Positions 35,526 through 46,892 of a stretch of DNA of 64,000 nucleotides are shown here, in pieces (within the stretch, counting starts at the first letter, position 1; every line of letters begins with the position of its first letter). Under the pieces are notes generated by a model. It did not search any database. It was not told where the DNA came from and saw only the letters and a list, made by a program, of their open reading frames with translations. Where the stretch lies: the NCBI GenBank assembly GCA_001599295.1, contig BCGN01000006.1, positions 682,001 through 746,000 of the forward strand, given 5' to 3'. A program made the position numbers and the translations under genes. Source of the stretch: Sporopachydermia quercuum (Eukaryota).

Positions 35526-37272
35526 GATTGAAATGTATGATAAATTAAAAGTAGAAGATTCAGTCGATATAGACAATGCAGAAGATATAGATGATAGTTG
35601 ATTGTTGATCTCAACAGCAGTTGAATCGCCCTTAGCATAAGAAATTGCTACAAGTCATCTAGAATTAATTGAAGCTTTTCCTTAATTCGTATTTTGAAAA
35701 TTGTTTTAATTTCTTCTCTGTACCTATTGAACACTGACAAGATAATGTAGCAATTAATCACTAATCAGTAAGCAAAATTTATCCCACTTCAAGTAAAATA
35801 AATATCAAAGTGCTCTTTGATAGTTCTAACCATTAAACCGTTGAAAGGTTTTCACGAATCATACATTAATTTGAACGCTCAATAGATTGCTATTAAGACG
35901 TTTATGTTCAAAAATTCTAATAAAGCAAACAAAGGAAAGAATATCTAGTAAATAAATGCCCATAGATACGGGGAGTTCAATCAGTATCCCCATCAACAAA
36001 TCAGTACCCAGAGTATTATTTATAAAAAGAACAAATGATCAGCTTCGTTTTGTGAGGAATATTTGATGAAACTGCGAGATTCTCCGAGTTTAAGCTTTTG
36101 ACTTAGGGGGTTAAATATTTAAATGGGACATTGCATAACTGTGCATAAGACCAGATTTTCTTCCAATAGCATCTAGAATTACGTGTGCAAATAGTTCAAT
36201 ACAAGTAGGGAAATATTAATGGTCAGGTCTCTGATAAATATATAATTATCTTGGTAAATCTAAGGTGTTTCCAAGCAGTTATTTAAGTGGTAGCTGATCA
36301 TAAAATTATGAAATAATGGTTTAAAGTAATGGACATATAGTGGCTAAAACTTCGGAGTTCGGACAAACTAAAAAGCTTTATTGCAAGTAAGTTTGGTTTA
36401 GTCATTAAACTGTCATTGCGATGAACGTGCCTCAGGAAAAAATGCCAGTGTCATAGAAAAGGAGTACTAGAAATTTCATGAACCGACTTCTATATACGGT
36501 TTATTTCATTAATGAGGCTTTACAAACCATTAATAATTAAACAGCTCANTGAATAATGAATAAGTTGTGATAATGGTCATCTACTTCATGTGACGAAGTG
36601 ACTTGAATAGAGTTTAAAAGTAAAAATCTTTTATAGGCATTTCAATTAAAATCAAAGTTTTAAATTAGCTGATGAGATGGATTAGATAATGTATGATCGA
36701 TTTAACCATGCATTCAAGTGCGTATAATTCAAAATCTTAAGAGGGCTTAAGTAGTGACATTCACGTGCTATTTATAAGGGTAAACAACCAGAGGATCTTG
36801 AGCTTAAGTATACTGAGATTTACTTCATCAAGTAGTTTTCAGGACCCTGTAGTAGCTCTTGTTAATCTTGCTTAAATTTACATAACACTCTANTCACTGT
36901 GGTACAGAATCCTAATTTTTGGTAGTGTCTCTTTTTTTTTCTTTCATGCTCAAACTCTCAAAAGAGGAATTCATGTTCCAAAACCTATTAGTACAGAGAT
37001 AGTGAGAGTCAAATTTCGACCCACGCAAATTTTTGAAATCCACGCAATAATAATTTCAACTTACTGTAAGAAGTACTGACGCATTGAGAACCAGAGGATC
37101 GATTACTCTGAGCTGCTTGGTTGGACTCACACAGGTTAACCTTTCTCTATANTATATTTAGATTCTTCTTTTCTTTGTTACTATATACAAAGGCACGAAT
37201 AGGAAACACATATTCGCTATATTTGTGACTAATTAAATTGGATTGAGAGTATTTAATACCAATTAGATTCTA

Positions 37273-37705
37273 GTATGTTGAAAGCTGAGCAGTAAATGAA
37301 ATTCGTTTTTTGTTGTCGTGATAATGAAGAAATGTTTTTTTGATCATGAGGATGATATTGATTGCGCAAAGTGTTAGAAAGAGGGTCAGTGCCATTAGTA
37401 CCAACAAAATGTGATGTCAATAAGAAAACAATCTGTACCAACGATCATAGAAGAAGCCATAGTGTTTGCACAACGAATTAGAAACATGAAGTGAAGAAAA
37501 GAATGAAATGGGATGATTAGAGATATCAACAAAAATAATTTGTGAATGAGTACAGCATAATAAGACGTCGGAATAAAGTTATACAATACGGAGACAACTG
37601 ATCACATTGTTTCTTCTAGTATATTATACTCTCCCTCTTAAGATGATGGGTCAACGAATTGAAATGTTTTATAAAGGAGGACGTTGTTACTAACCTTCAT
37701 CTTAG
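37273..37705 (+). other. Predicted 5'-UTR intron of RPS0
   Basis: GTATGT at 37273, TACTAAC at 37688-37694, TAG acceptor ending 37705, 11 nt before the ATG. Confidence 0.65.
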
Positions 37706-37716
37706 ATATTTGCAAA

Positions 37717-38583
37717 ATGGCTGCTCTTCCTGCTTCTTTCGACCTCACTGCTGAGGACGCCAAGTTATTGTTGGCTGCCAATGCTCACCTTGGTGCTAAG
37801 AACTGCCAAGTAAGTTTCTCTTTTTCTCTGATTCTATCTATTATTTTCGTATCGTACTCCGGAATATTTCTCTAACATGAATAGGTCCACAACGAACCTT
37901 ACGTTTTCAAGACCCGTCCAGATGGTGTTAACGTTATCAACATTGGCAAGACCTGGGAAAAGATTGTTTTGGCTGCCAGAATTATCGCTGCTGTCCCTGA
38001 TGCTGCTGATGTTGTTGCCATCTCATCCAGAACCTTCGGTCAGCGTGCCGTTCTGAAGTTCGCTTCCCACACTGGTGCCACTGCCATTGCTGGTCGATTC
38101 ACTCCTGGTTCCTTCACTAACTATATCACCAGATCTTTCAAGGAACCCAGATTAATCATTGTCACTGATCCTAGAACTGATACTCAAGCCATCAAGGAAG
38201 CTTGTTATGTTAACATTCCTGTCATTGCTTTGACTGATTCTGACTCTCCTTCTGAATATGTTGATGTTTCTATTCCTTGCAACAACAAGGGAAAGCACTC
38301 CGTGGGTTTAATCTGGTGGTTACTTGCCAGAGAAGTCTTGAGATTAAGAGGAGACTTACCTGACAGATCCGTCGAATGGGACGTTATGCCTGATTTGTAC
38401 TTCTACAGGGATCCTGAAGCTGAACCTACTGCTACAGAAGAAGCTCCCAAGGAAGAAGAAGCTCTTGCTGGCGAATGGACCGAACAACCTGCTGCCACTG
38501 AAGAATGGGCTGAACAACCTGCTGCCACTTCTGACTGGACCGCTGAAGCCACAACCGCTGCTGCTGCTGAAGAAACTTGGTAA
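37717..38583 (+). CDS. RPS0: 40S ribosomal protein uS2 (S0); exons 37717-37809 and 37885-38583
   Basis: [78 protein letters not shown]; intron GTAAGT..CTAAC..TAG; strong codon bias. Confidence 0.97.
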
Positions 38584-39391
38584 GTACCAAAAATCTCTAT
38601 ACTATAATATTTTTAGATATTTATGAGTTCGTGAATGTTTAAAATGATGTTTAAATAAAAGTTTATTAGTAGTTCTATCTCGTAGAATTTAAATCCAATT
38701 CAATGACCTGAAACTCTTCATTGAGCTACGGGCAAAGTTAAGGGCTCTTGAGTACCAAAACCTACGAAGATTCCGAGTGNAGCTATGGTACTGGGACTAG
38801 TATTTTCTAAATTGGATAGCTCAGTAACGTAGCAATTGGTGATAAATCAGATACGAGTACATAATTACGTATTTCCTCCAGTCGTGATCCTTTACAACCA
38901 TTCTTTCCAAATAGTCATTTCATGAGGGAGAATTTCGGAGATGATATCAATGTGTCTTTTTCTAACTATACTCTAACTTTGATAGCAGTTAACGCCATTG
39001 ATTAGACTCAAGTAAGAATATATAGCCGAAAAGTCCCTATTTTAAACTGATTGCCTATTGAAAAGGATCTGGGTTTCAATTTAGCTGAGTCTTGTAATTA
39101 ATAATGATAATAAATAGTACTATCTTTCTACAATCCAATTCTCATTACGATATGGTATGAATCCATCATTTCCGAAATATCTTCAACTATCCCATTATTC
39201 ATTAAACCACACAAACTGTTAACTCTTTTACCCTCAACTTCCAAGCTAATAATCAAGAATTATTGCNGTGAAACATTTTGCTGTATATCCGTTGCATTTA
39301 ATTACTTCTCATGCTTTCCCAATTGCCATGCTCTCCACTTGAGTTTTGATCTTCATAAATCCCCCCCCTTCAAGGTTTATCAATCCTTTCC

Positions 39392-39399
39392 CCGGGTAA
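39392..39399. promoter_or_regulatory. Reb1-type site upstream of RSM27
   Basis: CCGGGTAA about 200 bp upstream of the ATG. Confidence 0.45.
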
Positions 39400-39600
39400 C
39401 TCTTCTTACATGGTTTTCCAATCCGCAATCGTGAAGATGCTTCTGGATAATCGCAAAACAACTGAAACCACAAATCACAAAAGAAAATACAGGAAATCAA
39501 ACACAGAAGCATATTTTACGAGGCGAATACACTAGAAAGGTCCAGTAGATCAACACCATAATCATTACAGTGTTAGAGGTTGGTTATCATANAACTCAAA

Positions 39601-40037
39601 ATGTCGTCATTACTACGAACCCCAAGCAGGAGCCGATTGTTGCAAGTGATGAAGAAATCGTGTGAGGTCTTTGATCAGAATTTCAACCCAACAAATGAAA
39701 GAAACGGTGCTAAATACTTGAGAAAGCATTTAAAGGGCCCGAGTNTCGCACAATATTATGGCCCATTGGATTTCCCTAGATTTTCATCNATAAAAAGGCG
39801 GTTGCCTCACCTCAATCTAGTTGATAGAGATCAAGAGTATAAGGATAATCTTAACAAGGCGTATGTTACTATTTTAAGTCTCNTGAGGAAATCTTTGATG
39901 AACAATGCGATTGTTGTTAATAGCAAGTACATAATCTGTTGAATTAAGGTACTAACAAATGTAATAGACGATTTGAAAGAGGAAAGGGTGCTCCTAAGAA
40001 GGTGAAGAAGAGTAAAGATGATAAGAAGAAAAAATAG
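39601..40037 (+). CDS. RSM27: Mitochondrial ribosomal protein mS33; exons 39601-39860 and 39968-40037
   Basis: SCEVFDQNFNPTNERNGAKYLRKHLKGP..AQYY; spliced tail RFERGKGAPKK; GTATGT at 39861, TACTAAC, TAG ending 39967. Confidence 0.92.
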
Positions 40038-40409
40038 ACAGCGAATGACATCGAATGATAGAGAGTAACTTTTTTGATGCAGTGTTTCGTAAAATGCTAA
40101 ATATGAACAAAATATGAAGCAAATAGTGTGAGTCACAGTGTAGTTTGGAGGTGTTATGTATATATTTCGTTTTTAACGTGAAAGAAACCAATAGCTCTGG
40201 GCTAGTGGTTATATATGAGTCTCATTTCTTCAGTAAGGGAGATGACATTGGTTTCTATGTTATGATAGAGGAATGCATTGTAAGTTAATATTGACCTTAT
40301 TGTAATATACAGATTGTAGCAGGATGTAATATGAGGAAATAAATAACCTAGCATCTGAGAACGAGAATAGAACAGGATAAAATAAAACAGAATACCCATT
40401 CTTATGAGT

Positions 40410-42599
40410 CTAAATTTTGCTCCTTTCTTTATAGGAGTATTGATTCAGTCTTGTCCGCAGTTCCTGTAATGATACCCTTTCTTCAGGCAACATTGAGTAG
40501 AGAAAACTATAGAAATTCCTTCTTGGTATTCGAATTAACGTGCCAGTGACCAATTTTCCAATTGTAGATGTGGATAAATAGTGCTCTCTCAATCTATAGG
40601 CCAGTTCAAAGTAAGACTGGAAGATCAATGGGTAGCTTAATGGAGTGCTCTTCAAGAACAAGTAAACAGGTTTTTCTATGTCAGCGACAGTATTATCAGT
40701 TTTATTATTCGGAGAGCCATTCTGACTATCAAAGACCAAATCAAATTTAATTCCCCCAGGAATTCTATTAGAGTCCTTCAGTCGCAGTAACACTACAAAT
40801 AAAGGAAAGTAGTTCAGACATGTTAAAAAGGTTTCCAGTAATGCGTTTGATAGCATCACAATGCATCTAGTGATAGCAAAAGTGAGATAAAATGTCATTA
40901 CGGTAGGAAGAAGAAAAAGTAGCAAAGTGAAGAAAAGAGTTCCTAAAAGAATTTGATCCAGCTCGTAATTACATGAATCGATTCTTTTCCTCAGTATATT
41001 CTTCCGCTTGCCACGAAACATATGAAACAAAGAACTTAACACCTCCAATTGCCAATGATACAATCGAGCACCTGCCACATAATAACTGTATATATGCAGT
41101 GTGAGAATTGATATACTATCAGAAATAATCGACAATGACAGTGTGCAGCCACCACACATAGCAACAAAGGCAATGAAGTTAATTAGATTTGGTATCATTG
41201 GTTTAAATGCCACATTGATGCAATCTCTCCAGAACTCCAAGACCCACAAAAACAATTCACCAAAAAATCCCGCTAATTCGTTATTCAGCTTCAAACCTGC
41301 TGGCCAATCCATTAACCACAGAGTTAATCGTCTCAACCCATCAAATAGAATACCGTCAATGAACCAGTTGATGTTCCCAACAATAACATCTTCTCCACTC
41401 TTCATCTGATCAGAGATATAGGTTCCAAAGGCTATTCCTAGTATTATATCATTCACAACAAGCCAGAGTGTATTGTATAATACAATATATTCAGGATATA
41501 TGCTTAAATAACAGTTCTTCTTTTGACGAATGGTTTCAAATTCAGAATTGCCATCTCTATATTGAAAAATACCTCGTGATGTATTAATATATCCTACGGG
41601 CCAATAGCAAAACTGCTGGAGTCTCAAATCTATCTGTAATGCTGTTGCTGAAATATCTTTCAAAGGAAAGAAAGCGAAATCGTTTCCTTCACCAGTCCAA
41701 GGGGTCCATTCCAAGACGATAAGTATCACTTCGGCGACGATTCGAATTGCTAGTAACAAATTATGTACTAACGGTTGAAACCATGGTGATGTCAAGTAGT
41801 TTCCGGCGAGTTTCAACTCGTTGAAAACGTACTTCACACAGGCAATCCAAATTGCACTTTTGTTGTTTTTAGCATAGTTCAGTATGGGATGCTCATACTG
41901 TATGATCTGTCTTGTATGATGACACAGATTAATCTCATGAATACACCATTCCAATGATTGCTCTTCCGGTGAAAGATGAAAAGGAAATGCTTGTAAATGT
42001 ATTCTTTGAGGATCTTTTGATACTTCTTGCTGGTTTGATGTGGTGGATAATTGAAACTTTATAGGAGTGATTGAATAATATTGAAGGTATCTTGCTTTAG
42101 GTGGAATATACCTCACGATTTGTAAATTCTTATTTCCTATGATAGTTGGTGTTGATGAAGCTGTACTATATGTGATAGTCGGGATGTCATTTTGAAAACT
42201 TTTAGGATTCTGAGCCGAATTTATTGATATGATTGCTACAACACTAAAATATGGGAATGTTGCTGCTTCTCTTTCATTTCGTTTTCTGCTTGCTGATGAC
42301 TTCGTTACTGATTTGACTGGTGATTTGCTTGATAGACTTTTATTCTGTAGCTCACTCAATGCTAAGATATCAGTCGCCTTGTAACCATTAGACAGTTTAT
42401 TGAAATTACTGTTGATAAACTTCTTGATTTCGGATGCCTTGCAAGGTATCACATCTATTATCACTATATCATGAATACTATTGATCCAGCCAATAGCTAT
42501 AGCATATGATGTTGATGATGGTGATGATGATGATGTAGATGCCGAAGACTTGATCACCACATCTACATCCTCAGGCCAAAATATTCGTTTGAGGTCCAT
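40410..42599 (-). CDS. GPI1: GPI-GlcNAc transferase subunit Gpi1 (PIG-Q)
   Basis: RIFWP, LKDISATALQIDLRLQQFCYWP, WLMDWPAGLKLNNELA, LFHMFRGKRKNILRKRIDSCNYELDQILLGT. Confidence 0.95.
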   Translation of the reverse strand: MDLKRIFWPEDVDVVIKSSASTSSSSPSSTSYAIAIGWINSIHDIVIIDVIPCKASEIKKFINSNFNKLSNGYKATDILALSELQNKSLSSKSPVKSVTKSSASRKRNEREAATFPYFSVVAIISINSAQNPKSFQNDIPTITYSTASSTPTIIGNKNLQIVRYIPPKARYLQYYSITPIKFQLSTTSNQQEVSKDPQRIHLQAFPFHLSPEEQSLEWCIHEINLCHHTRQIIQYEHPILNYAKNNKSAIWIACVKYVFNELKLAGNYLTSPWFQPLVHNLLLAIRIVAEVILIVLEWTPWTGEGNDFAFFPLKDISATALQIDLRLQQFCYWPVGYINTSRGIFQYRDGNSEFETIRQKKNCYLSIYPEYIVLYNTLWLVVNDIILGIAFGTYISDQMKSGEDVIVGNINWFIDGILFDGLRRLTLWLMDWPAGLKLNNELAGFFGELFLWVLEFWRDCINVAFKPMIPNLINFIAFVAMCGGCTLSLSIISDSISILTLHIYSYYVAGARLYHWQLEVLSSLFHMFRGKRKNILRKRIDSCNYELDQILLGTLFFTLLLFLLPTVMTFYLTFAITRCIVMLSNALLETFLTCLNYFPLFVVLLRLKDSNRIPGGIKFDLVFDSQNGSPNNKTDNTVADIEKPVYLFLKSTPLSYPLIFQSYFELAYRLREHYLSTSTIGKLVTGTLIRIPRRNFYSFLYSMLPEERVSLQELRTRLNQYSYKERSKI

Positions 42600-44189
42600 C
42601 AGCTACCAGTTGTTTCAATCCTACAATGTAAAAGTATCTATCAGGTGTGTTGGTATGCTGCCTCGATGAATGTTTGTATTCTAGTATCATACCATGCAAT
42701 TGATCAATAACTCGGTGATTGCACCATTCCAATTCCACTCTTGTATTGAGTTAACTATAAGATGAGTGAGTAATTGTACACAGTTCTTTTCAGAAAACAA
42801 ACTTAGAATAATATTCAGTTGATACTATCAATATGAATTTTAGTAATTCAAGGAAATAAATACATCTGATAATTGAGCTGTTGCTCAGAAAATGCCAGAC
42901 AGTCAAATCAAATAAGCATTTTGGTGAATGTATAAATATGTAATAATATGCATGTTCCTGTGTTATGTTTATTTAACATGTATGAAGTTGAAACATTTCT
43001 TATCAGTGGAGCATTCTGTCAGCATATGTCAATTGATTATCGAAATAAGCCTGAGGAAGTGAATGTGTTTTATTGAGACTTTTAGAACTTGTTGATGACT
43101 GAAAACGAAATAAAAGAGCAAGGCAAGATTAGAAACCCGCTGAATTTCGTAGGTTTAGTTGACTTGGTGAGANATCTGAAGAGTAGTTCTCGGTTCCTCG
43201 ATTCCTATCCACATCAATGTGAAGAGAAGCAAGTACTAGCCACGAGCTCAAGCATCGTATATACTGAAATGAAGCGAATAGTTGGAAACATGAGAGCCAA
43301 ATAATGGCTGTACGAAGGAAATCAAGTCAGGTAGCTGNAAGTCTTTCTTAGTTCAAGCTTTCAGTGTTCTTCCATTTAATGAATTCAACTAATTGAGGAA
43401 TCTGAAGATTTTAGAATTCTTTGATGATTCAGTTAGGGTTTGAACGATTTCTTTCATAGACACTCTTTGAACGCTATACACAGGAATGTTACAATAGAAG
43501 AGCAAAAGTACATTTATTATATGATAAATAATAATACTACTAAATAAAGTGCAAATCATGCTTAGATTAACTGATATTAAGCTAGTAATAAATTAATGAA
43601 ATAGAGATATTTCTGCTGAGTTTATATGTACACATGTTGAAAATTGAATCCAGCTAATATCCCCAATAAGCAATTATTCAAGATAAAATTTAGAGGTTAC
43701 CGGGTATTAAAGTTAAGCATTACCTAAACCCGAAACAGTGCTTGAAGCGTGCATGTTGCACCAGCATGATTAACTTCTACAGAACTCATGATACACGATA
43801 CATGATGATACATTATTGCTATTATATTACTGATGTTCTCAGTCAATAACGAATGAGTAGGGAATAAATGCAAAATTCAATCCAATCACCCCATTTACTG
43901 TTGATTAATGTCTCATTCTTTCATTCTTTCATTCAGTATAATAACAGCAAAAACCCAAAAATCGGTTTCTTCAACTCAGCGTGCTCCTAGAATACAAATT
44001 ACATTATACAAATTTCTCATATGCCTTTACTTTCAAGTTTCATTGCCATTAAATCTCTCTGCCTTTCCTACCTTTTCCCCGCTCACCAACATATTACGTA
44101 TAATTCAAACATCTCATCTCTTCCAACAAAATTGCAGGAATCTACCACATCGAATGTATTTAACACATCCACTTATGCAAAATTCTCTT

Positions 44190-46892
44190 TCAAATTGCAC
44201 ACATGAACAACTCCGTGAATTTAGGCATATCCAACAGAATATCTAATCCTCTTCCTAAAGTTTTAGACATCTTGATTCCGCCTGGGGGAACAGGTATGAA
44301 AACTTCATCGGTACCAATCGCCCAAAACCAACCCCATACTTCTGAAGCATATGCTCTAATTTGTGCTTCAGTAATAGTGTGTAGTCGTCGATGAACATTA
44401 ATCAATCTCGAAAAGAAAAACTCTTGATCTTCATGATTATAAGCTGCTGCTCCTGCAATACACATTCCCAGATATGTAAGAAAGCTCCCTGAAAACGATT
44501 CAGGAACACTTCTGATCTCTCGGACTATGGATTTCAAAAGAGCTCTTATGGGAGGATCGAAAGCTTGTAATGATGGGTTCAACAGTTTCATGAGATAAAT
44601 CCGAGCTATATACATGAGGGATCTGTCAATAGCCAAATTATACTCTGCAGATTTCCATTGCTGCACAGTGAAATTCAATTCAATACGTTCCTCTCGACTG
44701 ATTTCATACTGTCGGTGATTTTCAGCTCGATATAATAAGTTCTGCACTAACTGTCGGTTGGAAATGTTTAAGGGAAAGTGACGACGCGCAATCCATGAAG
44801 CTTTCGTTAAATACTCGACAGATTCTGCAGTAAATCCCAGCACGGTGTTGTATAGCCAAGGAGTTTTCCGAAACTTGCCCTTCATATCAGACTGTTCCCT
44901 AATAATTCTATAAATCTCAAACACCTGGAAAGGGCTTGGAAAGTTCTCAGCACTGAACTCGGGGAACACTATTACCTGGGTTGAATAATTATAAACAAAG
45001 GAATCAAAAATCGATCTTTCAGTTGGTGAGAGGTCGATATTGAGATCAAGTGACTTATCCTGTTGATCTGAGTAATCATATTCAATATCAAGAGTTAAGG
45101 AATAAGGTGATAGCAGTATTTGTTGCGGAGATGAGTTCTTCATGTTAGAGATATCAAATATAGGATATAACTGAGATGCTGCGTTAGGATATCCCCTAGA
45201 ATTATCAATAGGACTACCACCATTACTGCCACTACTACTGCTAGCAGTACCAGTGGTAATACCAGTATCAGCATCAAGAGAAGAATCTTCAAGTAACTCA
45301 GTATTAATATCAGATCTAGCTCTTGGCTGCATGTCATTAGGTGAGTCATATGCTAAATATGACTCAATATACTTGAACTTTCTGTTAAATACCTTGTGAC
45401 AGAGCATATTGTACACAACTCGCATATATTGAATTCCTCTTCTGTTAAACCTGCCATACAGCTTTTCCATAATACCCATTAGTTGTAATGCCACCATTAA
45501 CCATCCAGAATCCTTTTGATTAGAAGGACTCTGCACAATATGATAATGAATAGCACGTAGACACCGCTCATGGTGTACTTGTGCCACATTCCGTAGTTCT
45601 GGGTTAACATACGTAAGAAATGCTGCTCCACAAGATATGAACAAATCAGTAAGAAATGTGGTTCCTTTTTCCGAAGTAGTGAAAACCGTTAAAGGGCTAA
45701 TTTCTGATGGGGTGAATGTGAACGGTGTAATTTGTTGTAAGAAATTGTTCATATAAGTATAAAGGAATAATGCTGATTGGGGGTCTAACTGCACGGAAGG
45801 AATCCAATCTCTGTAGCCAGAAAGTGTTTTGGACTGGTGTAGCAAATTTGATTGCATGTGGATGATTGTGGATTCTGCAGATTTTGATTGAGAATTGAAC
45901 AATGACGGAGTCATTTTATGATATGATTGAGTGGGTGAATAATGCTGTTGATTTTGGTCTTGATGATCACGCTGTTTGTTGGTACTTGAGTTGTAGACTG
46001 GAATTAGACTATTGCCAAGAGCATTGAAATTGGGTTCAAGTTCTTCAACAGTATTTTGATCAGTAGAAGGCACTTTTAGAATTTGAGCCTCGTAGAAAAT
46101 TGGGCTTGAAGGAGTAAAAGGCAGGTAGTGAGTGCAATCTACTGCCTCGTTTAAATCTATTGGCTGTTGTCGTGAATTTGAACGCGACTGTCCTAATGAG
46201 GTTATTGCGGTGGATGCAGGTAATTCTTCTGGTAATGGGTATAAGTTTTGATGCTGAGTGTGAAGCGNGATTGTCGGTTGTGCTGAGGGTGCTAGAGGTT
46301 GAGGCATATTCGGTCCTGGAGTTGGTACCGTACCTGTCATACTTATTGATTGAGGTGTACTTTGCATGTTCTGCATACCCTGCAAAGGTTCTAATTCGAA
46401 TTCCCTTTCTAGCTTGGGACTATAGAAGGGTTCACTAACTGCGTCAGAATTTCTATTATTAGTAGTATTATAAGAACCAATCTCACCACTAAGACCAAGT
46501 ACACTATTTATGCCAATTCCCATATTTTGTCCAATACCTATGCTAGCATCAACACCGATTCTTACTCCTATATCTGTAGCTCCTGGTGTTGTCAAACCGA
46601 TACCTTCAANATGTCTTCTAGTTTTCTTCTGTCGATATTTCTTGAACTCTGAATTTCTGGGCAAAGAAGCTGCCCCATTCACTGGCCAAACGCATACATA
46701 ACCATTTCTCACACAATTCGAACACTCTGGGTGAATCTCATCACATTTCTTCTTTTTACTACGGCAAGTGAAGCATCCACTTTTACTGCGTCTACCTTTC
46801 TTTGATATATTTGTGCTGTCATTATTTTTAGAAATAGCTTTGGAGCTTCCAATCGCATTTGCACCTGCACTAGAACTGTCACTTGCACTCAT
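44190..46892 (-). CDS. Zn(II)2Cys6 fungal transcription factor
   Basis: RSKSGCFTCRSKKKKCDEIHPECSNCVRNGYVCVW binuclear cluster, low-complexity linker, helical C-terminal regulatory region. Confidence 0.9.
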   Translation of the reverse strand: MSASDSSSAGANAIGSSKAISKNNDSTNISKKGRRSKSGCFTCRSKKKKCDEIHPECSNCVRNGYVCVWPVNGAASLPRNSEFKKYRQKKTRRHXEGIGLTTPGATDIGVRIGVDASIGIGQNMGIGINSVLGLSGEIGSYNTTNNRNSDAVSEPFYSPKLEREFELEPLQGMQNMQSTPQSISMTGTVPTPGPNMPQPLAPSAQPTIXLHTQHQNLYPLPEELPASTAITSLGQSRSNSRQQPIDLNEAVDCTHYLPFTPSSPIFYEAQILKVPSTDQNTVEELEPNFNALGNSLIPVYNSSTNKQRDHQDQNQQHYSPTQSYHKMTPSLFNSQSKSAESTIIHMQSNLLHQSKTLSGYRDWIPSVQLDPQSALFLYTYMNNFLQQITPFTFTPSEISPLTVFTTSEKGTTFLTDLFISCGAAFLTYVNPELRNVAQVHHERCLRAIHYHIVQSPSNQKDSGWLMVALQLMGIMEKLYGRFNRRGIQYMRVVYNMLCHKVFNRKFKYIESYLAYDSPNDMQPRARSDINTELLEDSSLDADTGITTGTASSSSGSNGGSPIDNSRGYPNAASQLYPIFDISNMKNSSPQQILLSPYSLTLDIEYDYSDQQDKSLDLNIDLSPTERSIFDSFVYNYSTQVIVFPEFSAENFPSPFQVFEIYRIIREQSDMKGKFRKTPWLYNTVLGFTAESVEYLTKASWIARRHFPLNISNRQLVQNLLYRAENHRQYEISREERIELNFTVQQWKSAEYNLAIDRSLMYIARIYLMKLLNPSLQAFDPPIRALLKSIVREIRSVPESFSGSFLTYLGMCIAGAAAYNHEDQEFFFSRLINVHRRLHTITEAQIRAYASEVWGWFWAIGTDEVFIPVPPGGIKMSKTLGRGLDILLDMPKFTELFMCAI

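Noticed and set aside
36992..37035. ACAGAGA followed by CACGCAAATT, reminiscent of U6 snRNA
   Set aside because: No AGC triad or internal stem-loop, and spacing is wrong; lies in the RPS0 promoter.
38470..38580. Repeated EW-x-EQPAAT units at the Rps0 C-terminus
   Set aside because: Acidic Trp-containing repeats are a normal feature of uS2/RPSA tails.
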